A DNA stretch of 63,782 nucleotides, counting the filler, from Chiloscyllium plagiosum (lineage: Eukaryota), in the NCBI RefSeq assembly GCF_004010195.1. It is 5 parts of one record of this genome, joined end to end, with 100 filler letters (N's around TTAATTAATTAA, not from the genome) between each part and the next. Parts side by side here need not be neighbours in the genome. Positions count along the whole stretch, not along the records: positions 1 to 21,701 come from NC_057711.1; positions 21,802 to 37,318 come from NC_057711.1; 3 more parts are not named here. One strand, written 5' to 3'. Of this stretch, positions 11,335-24,381 are shown in pieces. The position numbers were made by a program, and so were the translations under genes. The first letter of the stretch is position 1. Each line of letters opens with the position of its first letter. The notes under the pieces are model-generated. The model saw only the letters and a list, made by a program, of their open reading frames with translations, made no database searches and had not been told where the DNA came from.

Positions 11335-12905
11335 AGGATTACAAATCAGTTGACCTAGCCTCAGTTGTGGGGAAAATGCTCGAGTCCATTATAAAAGACA
11401 TAATAAAAGACTACCTGGAAAGCACGAATGGGATTGGATAAAACCAGCATGGGTTTAATGAAAGGCAAATCATGCTTAATTAATTTACAGGCATTTTTGT
11501 GGATATAACTATTAAAATAGGTAAAGGATGATCAGCGGATGTGGTGTATTTGGATTGTTAGAAGGCTATTGATAAGGTCCCTCATAAGAGGTTAGTAGAC
11601 AAAACTAAAGCACATGGGATGGGGGCAATATATTGGCATGGAACAGGAGTTATTTAACAGGAATGAGGGTAGAAATAAATGGGTGCTTTTCCAAGTGGCA
11701 GACAGCAGCATTCCCTCGAGTTTTCTTTTCGGCTGCGCAGGCTTCTAAAGTCTGTGTGTGTTGTGACTTCCTGATCCAAAAGTCAATGCTACCAAATGCA
11801 TGAAGACTCTGATCACTATGTGCCTCACCTTGCACATGCATATGCACAGCCATACAGCTTAGTCAAGACATTGGCAGACAGTGATTAGTGGTGTATTGCA
11901 GGGATTAGTGCTTAGGCCCCAGCTATATGCAAAATATAAATGATCTGAATGAGGGAAACAAATACAACATTTCCAAGTTTGCTGATGACACAAACTGAGT
12001 GACGTTGTGAGTTGTGAGGAGCATGCAAGGAGATTTCAAGATGATTTACATAAGTTGAGTGTGTGGCAAATGCATAGCAGATGCAATACAACATGAATAA
12101 ATGTGAAGTCATACATTTTGGTATGAAAAACAGAAAGGAAAAGTATTACTTAAATAGTGATATATTGGGAACAATGGATGTACGAAGAGATCCAGGTATC
12201 CTTATATATATTTCTCCTATTGTCATACACCAGTCAATGAAAGTATACATGCAGGTGCAGCAAGCAATTAGGAAAGCAAATGGTATACTAGCCTTGATTG
12301 AAAGAGAAATTGAGTTCAGAGGTAGAGATGTCTGACTGCAGCTATACAGGGCCTGAGTGAGACCACTCCTGGATTATTGCATGTAGTTTTGGTCTCCATA
12401 TTTAAGAAAGGAGATACTACAGATGGAGTGCAATAAAGGTTCTCTGGACTGATGCAAGGGATGACAGGACTTTCCTATTGGTTAGACTGGCCCAGTGTTC
12501 GCTGGACTTTAGAAAATAAAGAGATGATCTGATTGAAACATAAAATTCCAATGCAACTGGACAGACTGGATGCAGGGGAGGATGTTTTTTTCTGGTTCGG
12601 GAGTCTATGACAATGGGCACAGTCTCAGGATATGGGTAGATCATTTAGGACTGAGATTAAAAAAAACTATTTTCACTCAATGCATATTGAACCTGTGGGA
12701 TCTTCTACCATGGAAGTCTGTGAAGGTCAATTCACTAAATGTACTCAAGGAAGATATTGATAAATGGTGAGATTTTAAAGTCATAAAGGAGTACAGGGAG
12801 TAAGGAGGAATATGGCTTTGGGATTGAGAATCAGCTATGATTATGTTGAATGGTGGATTAGGCTTGAAGGGCTAAATGGCCTGCTTCTGCTCCTAGTTTC
12901 TACGT
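11335..12905 (+). mobile_element. Old CR1 RT and 3' fragment
   Basis: LASVVGKMLE, DVVYLD..KA.DKVPH.RL, SKFADDT motifs with many frameshifts. Confidence 0.85.
11706..11873. mobile_element. hAT-type MITE nested in CR1
   Basis: Perfect 8-bp target-site duplication gcagacag (11698-11705 and 11874-11881); degenerate termini cagcattccctcgag / cttagtcaagacattg. Confidence 0.65.
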
Positions 12906-13064
12906 TTCCACTCATGTTAATTCTCTTACAATCTGCGCATGCCCAGTCTGGCAGATTTATCCTTCACTTCAGTCAACTCTATCAGTACTGGTACCCCTGT
13001 GTCATTGGTGTCCATTGATGATGGACATTGAAAGCCCCCAGACAGAGTACAGTCGGTGCCATTA

Positions 13065-13395
13065 AGGTCCTGTCTTCTCAACCTCATCCTTCACCAGCGC
13101 CATAGTGACCCTCAGATTAAACCACCACCAGTCATCTCTCTGTCTGATGAGAAACCGGCTCTATAGAACTTTGGGACTATGGTAACATTACCAATTGGAG
13201 GTCAGTTAACTCAGAAGGCTGGATAGCTAGTTTGTGATAAGATTGATGCCAATAATGTGGGTTCAATTCCTGCACTGGTTTAGGTTATCATGAAGGTTGC
13301 ACCTTCTCAACCTTCCCAACACTCAGGTTGAACAACTACCAGTAGTCCTCAGTCTCATGGGAGAGCAGCCTTATGGATATGACAACTTTACCTTT
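13065..13395 (+). mobile_element. Two tandem tRNA-derived SINE copies (first one 5'-truncated)
   Basis: Both share ccttctcaacct...accaccagtc...gagagcagcc with 4635-4850; second copy has B-box gggttcaattcc. Confidence 0.65.
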
Positions 13396-15407
13396 CCTTT
13401 TATTTCCTTCAGTGCTTCTTCTAAATGGGTTCCAACATAAAGGAATGTTAACGCATCAATGGAGGGAGGGTGATAAATTGTAAACTCCATGAACATTCAT
13501 GGAGATTGTGGGGTTAAAGTCAATGTTAAAAAGAAAGCCTTTTCTATAGAAGAGCCACAGGTGTGAATATTACAGGCTGATTTTACATTTGCTCCAGTAA
13601 GAGCTAAACTTGGAAGGAGATTGGAACAAAGAATCAGTGTTACTGTATCATTATTTCACATAGAGTTAACATATTACAAGCAGATTTGTGATCTTATAAA
13701 GGTTTGAACATATCCACTTCATTTTTTTTAAGTATCTATCCTTTGTTTTATTATGAAGTTCAAAATGAAGATTCCACAAATTACATTTTTTTTCTTAAAT
13801 TCACCAGATTAAATCCCAGTTTTGGCCATAAATTCTGAGTTGGCTTCCTCACTTATAATGATGTCATATACACAGCAGCAACTTACTGGAAGCATGACTC
13901 AATGATCATAACATCATTGGCACAAATACAAGATGCGTAGTATTAATAAATCTCTGGCAGTGCTGACTCACTGCTCTTCCAGCATAATGAAATATGGTGC
14001 TCTGCAAAGCCCAGTTTATGCATATTGCACTGCACTTCACTATGAAGTTGGACCACAACAGTCCTAGAACCATATATGATTGCATTACAACAGTGCAATA
14101 ATTGGCCAGTTATCATGTTGCAAACTTGTATTGAACATTAATCATAAAGGCATTGTGCAAAGCTTGGACGCTTGATTTCTCCTCTGCCCAAGCATACCTT
14201 CCTTGCAATATTCATGAACAAAACACACCACTTCATTCACTGTTGTATAAACGCAAATGCAATATTAACAATATCTAATAACTGGGAAACTCAAATCTCA
14301 AAAGCATCTACTCATGGCTGACCATATACTATATTCTGTATTTGTTCAACTTAATGTTTCAATTACAAAGTCAACAAAGTCCACAGTTGTCATGACATTA
14401 AATTAATTATTTCTGCCTTTTCATTATTTCTTCATTATTTCATTATACAGGCACATAGCATTCCTTGCAAATGCATACTATTATTGGCACTGCCTGCTTG
14501 TTTGAGTAAGAAATTCCTGTTAGGAGTATTTACAAAACTGGAGATTGCAAACCAAAACTGCTGTGAAAATGATGATAACTGAAAACCTAATAGATTCATC
14601 AAATCAAAATAGAAACGATTGGAGATGCTTTTGACTTTTGAGCACCTTCTTTGGTAACTATAAGCAATGGCAAAGAGAACCAGGCCTCATTTAAATTTGA
14701 GCTGCAGGGCACTGAACAAGTCACACAATTCAAACTCAAATCTGCATGGACATGCACTAGCAGGATAGGTTACTTAGATGGTTGAGGGGAGGAGATAAGG
14801 GTTGGATGTTGATGCAGTGTTGTTGATGATCACAGACTGTGGTTTTCTTGGATATTGGTGGCGCACTCATTTTTTTGCTCCTCTTTAGTCCCATCACCCA
14901 ACAAATTAGTGAGAGGTTACATGCTGTAGGTCCTGACGAGTTCTGATCTAAAGTGGTGAGAAGGGTTCCATTCAAATCATGAGCCACCACTTCATGATTA
15001 AAAGGAGTTTCAAAGCTTGAAACAGACAGCAAACTGAACCTCCTGCAATATGCCTGAATTACCAATATTAATGGTGGCCAACATCACTTTGACTTTGCCA
15101 TTAATACTATGCAAAGGCAGTGACCAAATGTATATACAAATGAGAAATTCTTAAAATAAAAATTTCAGTCATTTGATTCTGGTTTTCATACCACTTTTAA
15201 TACTGCTGTATTACTTAAAAATTCCCTTAAGTGTAAATAAGTAAATACATTTTTTATTATTTTACTTCTATAACTTTTGCAGTTTTGTCAAGCAACAAAA
15301 TAGAATTGATATTAAAGTAGATACATGAGTTTGAAGGGAGGCAATAGTGGATATGTTCAAACCTTTATAAGTTACTTTTTCTAATGGAAAATCTCAGTAG
15401 GGCTTAG

Positions 15408-15570
15408 AACATCTGTGGAGAGAAATCAGAGTTAACATTTTGGGTCCAGTGAACCTTCTTTTGAACTGGATCCGAAACTTTATTTTTATTTCTCTTCAAA
15501 GATGCTGCCAAACGTGCTGAGACTTTCCAGGCAGTTCTGTTTTTATTTCAGACTTTCAGCATCCCCAGTT
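15408..15570. mobile_element. Old palindromic Penelope terminal-repeat fragment
   Basis: catctgtggagagaaatcagagttaac arm inverted against tttctcttcaaagatgctgcc arm; same family as 9213 and 55545. Confidence 0.55.
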
Positions 15571-17805
15571 ATTTTCATTTCTTTTACTTTTGCTAATATC
15601 TGTTGAGATGTTATTTTTAGTGCTTTAGAGCTCAATGCGTTAATCTCAGAGTAAGTTGCATTTGAACACAATGTCACATGAAGGAATGGATCTTACAGGG
15701 CCCAGATGAAGGCTGAGAGGCAGAGAGTCATAAAATTGGTTGCCAAATTATTTGGCACTATCCCCAGCACCTACATATCTACACCTTCCCAGCTGTAATG
15801 TTACCAGTGATGCTGGATATATCACTCTCCCACTAACTTTGCTATCACTCTCAGTCATCGCACACAACTTCTAACTACCAGATGTGATGTCTTCTCACTT
15901 TCTTTGGTCTTGCAGATTCTGCAAACCTCTTGCTAATGGCTGCAGTGAAGAGGCTGGCTGCAGAAGAATGGCCCTCATCTACTGAGAGTACTGAGAACTT
16001 GAAGGAAGCATTGGCAAAGCTGCCCGCTGCACCTCCTATCAGCTCAGATAATGATATAGGGCTGGAAGCCACAGTCACAGAGAGTGTTGGAGCACCTCAT
16101 TGCAACAGCTCTCTGTGGAAAAAATAGCCCAGGCAGCTGGCATTCAAAGAACAGCAGGAGACTAGGCACCTGGTCAAACCCAGGCAGAAGATGTCCTTGG
16201 TTCCAGAAATCAGGAATTCATAGAAATGCAGAAGGTGGAGCAACAATGTCAGACAGGTATGGAGGAGGCAATGACATTCATCGGCAAGAAGCTGTATCAG
16301 TGCATCAAAACATGGTTGGCAGCTGCTGTGGAGATCCAGGTCCAACATCCTCAGGGACTATTGGAAATGCAAACACATCTGCTCTTCATCGCTTTAGTCA
16401 TTGGTCCTCAGGATCAAAGTTATGGATGACAGAGTAATGGGAAATCTTCACCCAAGTTCAAGTGCCCACTCCTACCAGAGAGAGTAGGTGGTGCCAGGAG
16501 GCTATCAACCAAGGGTAGAAGCACACACAGGCCCACTCAGAACACTGCTGAGATGGCCATGCTTTCTATCTCTACCCTGTCTGTACTCCTATGACCCTTG
16601 GAAGTCCAAGTCAAGGAAGATCGACTTGCTTCTGGCAAGAAGATCTTTGGCATCTCTAGCCCATTCTAGAGTTAAGCACCTCCGGGGTGCATCCTGGTCC
16701 AGTTTATAAGCTAGGTGCCTGTTCCTGTGTACAGAATGTTCTCCCTGCAGCCTTCCAATGTTAGTTGCTGGTGCACCCTGCAATGCATGTCTGTGTTTGC
16801 AGAGTGCACTCCAAGTGATTTTTAGAAGTACAAGGACCATCCTGATGAGTTGTTTGGTTCCAGAAGCCAATGTGCATGGAGGGAGGAGAGTGTTCAGCTG
16901 GTGCCCATGGTTTGTTCCCTGAGATGTTGGAGCCTGGTATTCATCATGGAGTTTATTCAGAATGAAAGGCAAGCTGAATCCTCTGGAAAAATGCACTGGT
17001 AACTCTTCGGTGAGTTTGATAAGTGGAAGTCTGACTGTTAATGAGGTGAGTTAAAGAGGTATTAAACAATCATTAATGATTGTCAATCAGCATCTCACCA
17101 TTGTCCACTGAGAATCTCACCAAATTGTTTGTGAAAAGTGTAAAAGATGATCTTAATGTTGAGATGCTGCAAATGTTGCCCAATTGTGCCATACGACTGG
17201 CCACAGCCCATGTCAGTCAGGCCCCAACATGATTCTGTCTATTGGTGCAGAGACTATGGGGAAAGTCCAGATAGTAAGTTTTACTCCTTCAAAATGCTGA
17301 ACTGTTCTCCCACTAAGTTGGTGTTTAAGGCATTGCTTAGCATTAACCCTTTCAGACCCTTACAACTTCATACACTGACCCAATTCACACAATTTTTGTC
17401 ATTGAATTGGCATTGCTGAATGATAGCTGGATAGAGGAATGAAACTGTGTGATTCAATCAGCCACCAGCCTGACCCGTAAACATTTTATAACAGCTCCCT
17501 TTCATAAAAGCTGATTTCTCTGGGGTCAAATGTGTGTTTTTAGGCTTTTTAGGCAATGAAACCAGAGAGAATTCTTTATTGAGCCTAAGCATTCTACTGT
17601 ACACAGGACTCTTGCAGTTGTATGGTTGTTTGTGGCTGTCAGAGGTAGGACAAGTGTAACGTTTGTCTTTTACAGATAAAAAGAATGAACAACTACTTGA
17701 AGTTTGAAATACAATATCCTCGAAAGAGATCTGAGAAAACAAAATAAACCAACATTCAGGCATCTTTCTAGATCCTACCACAATAAAGAGACTAGGGAGA
17801 ACAGA

Positions 17806-20800
17806 TAGACAATAGACAATAGTCAATCGGTGCAGGAGTAGGCCATTCTGCCCTTCAAGCCAGCACCACCATTCATTATGATCATGGCTGATCATCTCAA
17901 TCAGTATCCTGTTCCTGCCTTATCCCCATAACCCTTGATTCCACTATCCTTAAGAGCTCTTTCCAACTCTTTCTTGAAAGTATCCAGAGACTTGGCCTCC
18001 AGAGCCTTCTGGGGCAGAGCATTCCATATACCCACCACTCTCTGGGTGAAAAAGTTTCTCTTCAACTCTGTTCTAAGTGGCCTACCCCTTATTTTTAAAC
18101 TGTGTCCTCTGGTTCGGAACTCACCCATCAGTGGAAACATGCTTCCTGCCTCCAGAGTGTCCAATCCTTTAATAATCTTATATGTCTCAATCAGATCCCC
18201 TCTCAGTCTTCTAAACTCAAGCGTATATAAGCACAGTCGCTCCAATCTTTCAGCATAAGATAGTTCCGCCATTCCGGGAATTGACCTCATGAACCTACGC
18301 TGCACTCCCTCAATAGCCAGAATGTCTTTCCTCAAGGTTGGAGACCAAAACTGCGCACAATATTCCAGGTGCGGTCTCACCAGGGCCCTGTACAGCTGCA
18401 GAAGGACCTCTTTGCTTCTATACTCAATTCCTCTTGTTATGAAGGCCAGCATGCTATTAGCTTTCTTCACTACCTGCTGTACCTGCATGCTTGCTTTCAT
18501 TGACTAGTGTACAAGAACACCTAGATCTCGTTGTACTGCCCCTTTACCTAACTTGACTCCATTTAAGTAGTAATCTGCCTTCCTGTTCTTGCCACCAAAG
18601 TGGATAAGCACACATTTATCCACATTAGACTGCATCTGCCATGCATCCGTCCACTCACCTAGCCTGTCCAGGTCACCCTGTATTCTCCTAACATCCTCCT
18701 CACATTTCACCCTACCATCCAGCTTTGTGTCATCAGCAAATTTGCTAATATTACTTTTAATACCTTCGTCTAGATCATTAATGTACATTGTAAAAAGCTG
18801 CGGTCCCAGCACTGATCCCTGCAGCACACCACTGGCCACCGCCTGCCATTCAGAAAGGGAGCCGTTTCTCACTACTCTTTGTTTCCTGTCAGCCAACCAA
18901 TTTTCAATCCATGTCAGTATTTTGCCCCTAATACCATGTGCCCTAATTTTGCTCACTAACCTCCTATGTGGGACTTTATCAAAGGCTTTCTGAAAGTCCA
19001 TCCACTGGATCTCTCTTGTCCATCTTCAGAGTTACATTCTCAAAAAATTCCCGAAGATTAGTCAAGCATGATTTCCCCTTCATAAATCCATGCTGACTCT
19101 GACCTTTCCTGTTACTGCTATCCAGATGTGTTGTAATTTTGTCCTTTATATTTGACTCCAGTATTTTTCCCACCACTGAGGTCAGACTAACTGGTCCATA
19201 TATCTCTGTTTTCTCTCTCCCTCCTTTCTTAAAAAGTGGGACAACATTAGCCACCCACCAATCCGCAGAAACTGATCCTGAATCTATAGAACATTGGAAA
19301 ATGATCACCAATGCATCCATGATTTCTCGAGCCACCTCCTTCAGTACCCTGGGATGTAGACCATCAGGTCCCGGGGACTTATCAACCTTCAGACCCAACA
19401 GTCTCTCCAACACCATTTCCTGCCTAATATAAATTCCTTTCAATTCAGGTCCTCCAGCCACTATTGCATCTTGGAGATTGCTCGTGTCTTCCCCAGTGAA
19501 GATAGATCTAAAGTACCAATTCAAGTCTTCTGCCATTTCTTTGTTCCCCGTAATAAATTCACCCATTTCTGTCTTCAAGGGCCCAATTTTAGTCTTAACC
19601 TTTTTTTTCTTTTCAAGTGCCTAAAAAAGCCTTTACTATCCTCCTTTATATTTTTGGCCAGTTTGCCTTCATACCTTATTTGCGTATTTCCTTTTTAGTT
19701 ATCCTCTGTTGTTCTTTAAAAGCTTCCCAGTCCTCCGATTTCCCACTCATCTTTGCTATGTTATACTTTTCCCCTTTTGTCTTTATATGGTCCTTAATTT
19801 TCCTCATCAGCCACGGCCACCCCTGCCTCCCCTTAGGATCTTTCTTCCTTTTTGGAATGAACTGATCCTGCATCTTCTGCATTATACCCAAAAATACCTG
19901 CCATTGTTGTTTCACTGCTATCCCTGCTAGGGTATTGCACAATTGAACTTTGGCCAGCTCCTCCCTCATAGCTCCATAGTTCCCCTTATTTAACTGAAAT
20001 ATTGTCACTTCCGATTCTACCCTCTCCCTTTCAAACTGCAGATTAAAGCTTATTGTATTGTGGTCACTACCTCCTAATGGCTCCTTTACTTCGAGGTCCC
20101 TGACCAAATCCGTTTCGTTGCACAACACCAGATCCAGAATTGCTTTCTTCCTGGTAGGCTCCAGCACAAGCTGTTCTAAGAATCCATCTCGGAGGCACTC
20201 CACAAACTCCCTTTCTTGGGGTTCAGTACCATCCTGATTCTCCCAGTCTACCTGCATATTGAAATTCCCCATAACAACTGTAGTAATATATTTGTGACAG
20301 GCCAATTTCAGCTCCTTATTCAACTTACACACTAATCCAGGCTACTGTTTGGGGGCCTGTAGATAACTCCCATGAGGGTCTTTCTACCCTTAGAATTTCT
20401 CAGCTCTATCCATACTGACTCTACACCCCCTGATTCTAGGTTCCCCCCGTGCAAGGGACTGAATATCATTCCTTAACAACAGGGCCACCCTACCCCCTCT
20501 GCCTGTCAGTCTGTCCTTACGATAGCATGTATAGCCTTGAATATTCATTTCCCAGGCCTTGTCCACTTGAAGCCACGTCTGAGTTATCCCCACAACATCG
20601 TAACTGCCAATTTCCAAATGAGCCTCAAGCTCATCCACCTTATTTCTAATGCTTCGTGCATTCATATATAATATTTTTATCTTGTTACTCCCCTCACCCT
20701 TCCTATCAATCCCTATTTCACTTGACCTTACGGCATGATCCTTTTTTGAGTTTTCTGCTCCATTGATTCCGTTGTCTTTCTTGACTTCTCTTGTTCTAAC

Positions 20801-22300
20801 TTTCTCTTTAACTTCCTTCTTAAACTTCCAATTTGTCCCCTACCCCCCCCTGCTATTTAGTTTAAACACAGCTGTGTTGCAGTGGCAAACCTACCTGCCA
20901 GAATGCTGGTCCCCCACCTATTAAGGTGCAACCAATCCCTCTTGTATAATTTATCCTTACCGCCAAACATACCCCAGTGATCCAAGAATTTAAATCCTTG
21001 CTTCCTACACCAGTTCCCCAGCCACACATTCAATTCCATTATCTCCCTGTTCCTGTCTTCTCCAGCCTGAGGAACTGGAAGCAAACCAGAGATAAAATCT
21101 TATCACATCAAGTGGATCGGTTGGAGAGACAGATAGAAGCGATGAGGCATTTGCAACAGCAACAGTATGTGATGGATGGCAGTTATAGGAAGGGGGGAAA
21201 GTCTCAGATACAGCCATATAGATGGGTTAACTCCAGGAAGGGTGAGAGAGGTCGGCACCTAGAGCAGGAGTCTTTTGTGGATTTGCAACAGCAACAGTAT
21301 GTGATGGATGGCAGTTATAGGAAGGGGGGAAAGTCTCAGATACAGCCATATAGATGGGTTAACTCCAGGAAGGGTGAGAGAGGTCGGCACCTAGAGCAGG
21401 AGTCTTTTGTGGATGTACCCATATCAAACAGGTATGCTGTTTTGGAAAATGTAGGGGGTGATGGATTCTCAGAGGAACGTAGCACGAACAGCCAAGTTTC
21501 TGGTATTGAGACTGGCTCTAATGCAACGAGGGGTACGTCGGCTTCCAAGAGATCAATTGTGTTAGGGGATTCTATAGTCAAAGGTACAGACAGACATTTC
21601 TGTGGCCAGCAGAGAAAAATCAGAATGGTGTGTTGTTTCCCTGGTGCCAGGATCAAGGATGTCTCAGAGAGGGTGCAGAATGTTCTCACGGGGGAGAGGG
21701 GNNNNNNNNNNNNNNNNNNNNNNNNNNNNNNNNNNNNNNNNNNNNTTAATTAATTAANNNNNNNNNNNNNNNNNNNNNNNNNNNNNNNNNNNNNNNNNNN
21801 NAACCGATCCACTCGATCTGATAAGATTCGCATCCAACAGCATTTATAGCAGATATAATCCACAGTAACTCTTAAACTCTCTTTAAACTCCCACATCTGA
21901 CAAGAAGTACATATCACTGTACTAAAGGCCATTTTTGCTCCTTCACAATCTACAGACCCAGAAAATAACACCGTCTTATTCCTCCACAAACACTGCCCCA
22001 GGTTAAATTAATAGCTATGGCTTATATTTTAAGTTTAATCAAGAGACTTATCTCCAGAAACATATAATCAAGAAAGAATCCACTGTACTCACTACTGCAG
22101 CCTTTCTCTTGGACAGACTTAAAACAACAATTAACTGATCTGATTCTGTGTTGTGAACTTATTAGTTGTGAATTTCACTGTCTGTTAATTTTCCCAGATG
22201 CACTCTGATGTCCAGCGTTACACGAATTCAAACAGCAAAGGCAGTAACTGTGCAGGTTCTCTCTCTCTCTCTCCTGCACTGTCCTCACCATGTGCTTCCT
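17806..22300 (-). mobile_element. Near full-length CR1 LINE (5'UTR, ORF1, ORF2, 3' microsatellite) with an internal inverted ORF1 block
   Basis: ORF1 zinc finger CTSC..CYKC (about 21930) and esterase DWLHLN (about 20930); ORF2 NARSIRNK, SDHN, QGSVLGP, FADD; tail (ttgtcta)n at 17806; 5'UTR is the reverse complement of 62810-63200. Confidence 0.95.
17901..20690 (-). pseudogene. CR1 ORF2 (endonuclease and reverse transcriptase), broken by frameshifts and stops
   Basis: Collinear ORF pieces 20390-20665, 19676-20332, 18979-19578, 18504-19001, 17901-18500. Confidence 0.92.
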
Positions 22301-22379
22301 CCTGAAATGCTTGCAAGACAAGCTTTTCACTGTGCCTTGGTACACATGACAATAAATTCAATTCAATTCAAGTTACCAG

Positions 22380-22965
22380 AAAGAAGTAAACCACTCTGTC
22401 CATCATGTCTGTGCTTGTTCAAAAATATAAGCCACCAGCCTAATCCCATTTTCTAGCACTTGGTCCATATCCTCAGATGTTACAGGACTTTAGGTGCATA
22501 ACCAGATGCCTTTCAAATAATTTGAGGATGTTTGCCTGTGCAACTTGTTCAGGCAGTGACTTTCAAGCAAATAGAACCCTTTGGGTGAAAAATAAACATT
22601 TCTATCTCCATTCTAATTACTCCATTAATCACTTTAATGCTTCACCCCTAACTGTCCTGTTAAGGGAAGTATGTCCTTCTCATTCACTGTGTCCCGGCCT
22701 CACATAATCTTGTAAACCTCAATGAAATCTCCTCAGCCCCCTCTGTTCCAAATGCAACAGTCCCAGTCTTTCCAAGCTTTCCTCTTGGCAGTAATTTTCC
22801 AGTCTTGGCAACAACTTGTAAATCTCCTTTGTGATCTTTCTGGTGCAGTTATATGCTTTCTGTAATGGAACGACCAGAATTGTACATAGAACTCAAGTCT
22901 TGTCCTAACTTGTGTGCGATATGGCTTCAGTAAAGTTCCTCTGCTCTTATTTTCCATGCCCCAGC
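22380..22965 (-). mobile_element. Old CR1 3' fragment
   Basis: ORF 22733-22957 reads YRTQVRTRLEFYVQFWS, a degenerate form of YRTLVRPHLEYCVQFWS. Confidence 0.75.
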
Positions 22966-22974
22966 TGTTTTTGC

Positions 22975-23680
22975 TTTTATTTGCTGATGAGATGTGGGTG
23001 TCAAAGTTGAGGCCAGCATTTATTGCCCATCCTTAACTGCTCTTGAGAAGGTGATGATGTTGCTGCAGTCTTCAGAGTTTAGGGCTGTTAGCAAGGGAAT
23101 TCCAGAATTTTGACCCTACAACAGTAAAGGAATGGCAATATATTTCTAAGTCAGGTGTGGATGTAACTTTGAGGGGAACTTGCAAGTGGTGGTGATCCCT
23201 TGTTCCTATTGCTTTGTTCTTTTATGTAGTGGAGATTGTGGATTTGGAAGATGCTGTTGGAGGTGTTTGGATGAAGTTGCTGCAGTGGATCTTATAGATG
23301 GTGAACGACCGTTACTGAACTTTGGTGATGAAGGGATTGAATGCTGAAGGTGGTGAAGTAGTGCCAAGCAGATGTGCTGCATTTTTCTAAATCGTTTTGA
23401 GTTTCTCAAGTAGGTTTGGAGCTGTATCCTTGAGGTAAGTGGTATATATTCTATGACACTCCGGACTCATGCCTCATAGGTAGTGTACAGGCATTGGGGA
23501 GACTGGAGATGAGTTACTCACTACAGTATTCCTTGACTCTGACTTATTCTTGTAGCTACAACATTCATAGTGCTAGTCCAGTTCAGTTTCTAGTCAATGG
23601 TAACCCCAGGGTTGACAGCAGGGATTTGGCAATGACAATGGCATTGAACATCAAGGGGAAATTGTTAGATTCTTGTTATT
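22975..23680 (-). mobile_element. Old CR1/L2-group LINE 3' fragment (tail shared with SINEs at 31321 and 56640)
   Basis: gatgtgggtgtc...ggccagcatttattgcccatcc tail; reverse strand HSLHH.R-like C-terminal motif; related pieces at 6310-6990, 49030-49535, 57740-58260. Confidence 0.6.
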
Positions 23681-24381
23681 TGAACATGCCTAGAACTTAC
23701 GTGAAACTCCTGTGCTTACGTGAAATTTCATATGTTTTCTTAATTACTTTATTGATCTGTTGTACTGCCTTCGGGGATCTGTGGACATATGCTCTAAGGT
23801 ACCTTGTTCCTTCTATTTTGTGTAACTTCTCAAATGCCTAATCATACATTTCTTCAATTTAATTCAATTTGCAATTTGCCTTTCTGCCTGACCATTCCAT
23901 TGACCAAGAGAGGTTATAGGACTTGGGCGTTGGGTCTCATTTATTTGCTGCAGGCAAGCTATGAGCATCAAATACTCACCAACACCACTGTCCATTCTTG
24001 GAAAAGTGTAAGATTGTTTAGTTTCCATATTGAGATAGCTGGCAGTTTGGGTGTAGAGAAAATGCAAGCTTGGTTGGGGAAGGGGAGAGATGGCACATGG
24101 AAATGCTGTGATAGTTATGGTGATGGTTTTGGCTCAAACAAACTTGTAGTAAGTTGGATTGTTACTGTGAATACGATATCCACAACTGACATAGGGCATC
24201 ATTTTTGATTTGATTTGATTTGATTTATTGTCAGGAGTATTTATTACAAATATAATGAAAAGTGTTGTTTAATAGTTTTTAATAGTTAGTTTTTAATAGT
24301 AGTCTTCAGCTTGCTTTAATTTAGTCAGCTAGTCACAACTTTTGGCATTGCTTGAAACACTACATGTTAATGGGACACCTG

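Noticed and set aside
17935..19432. Plus-strand ORFs such as MIPLSLRALSNSFL, recurring at 7123 and 49661
   Set aside because: Antisense shadows of CR1 ORF2
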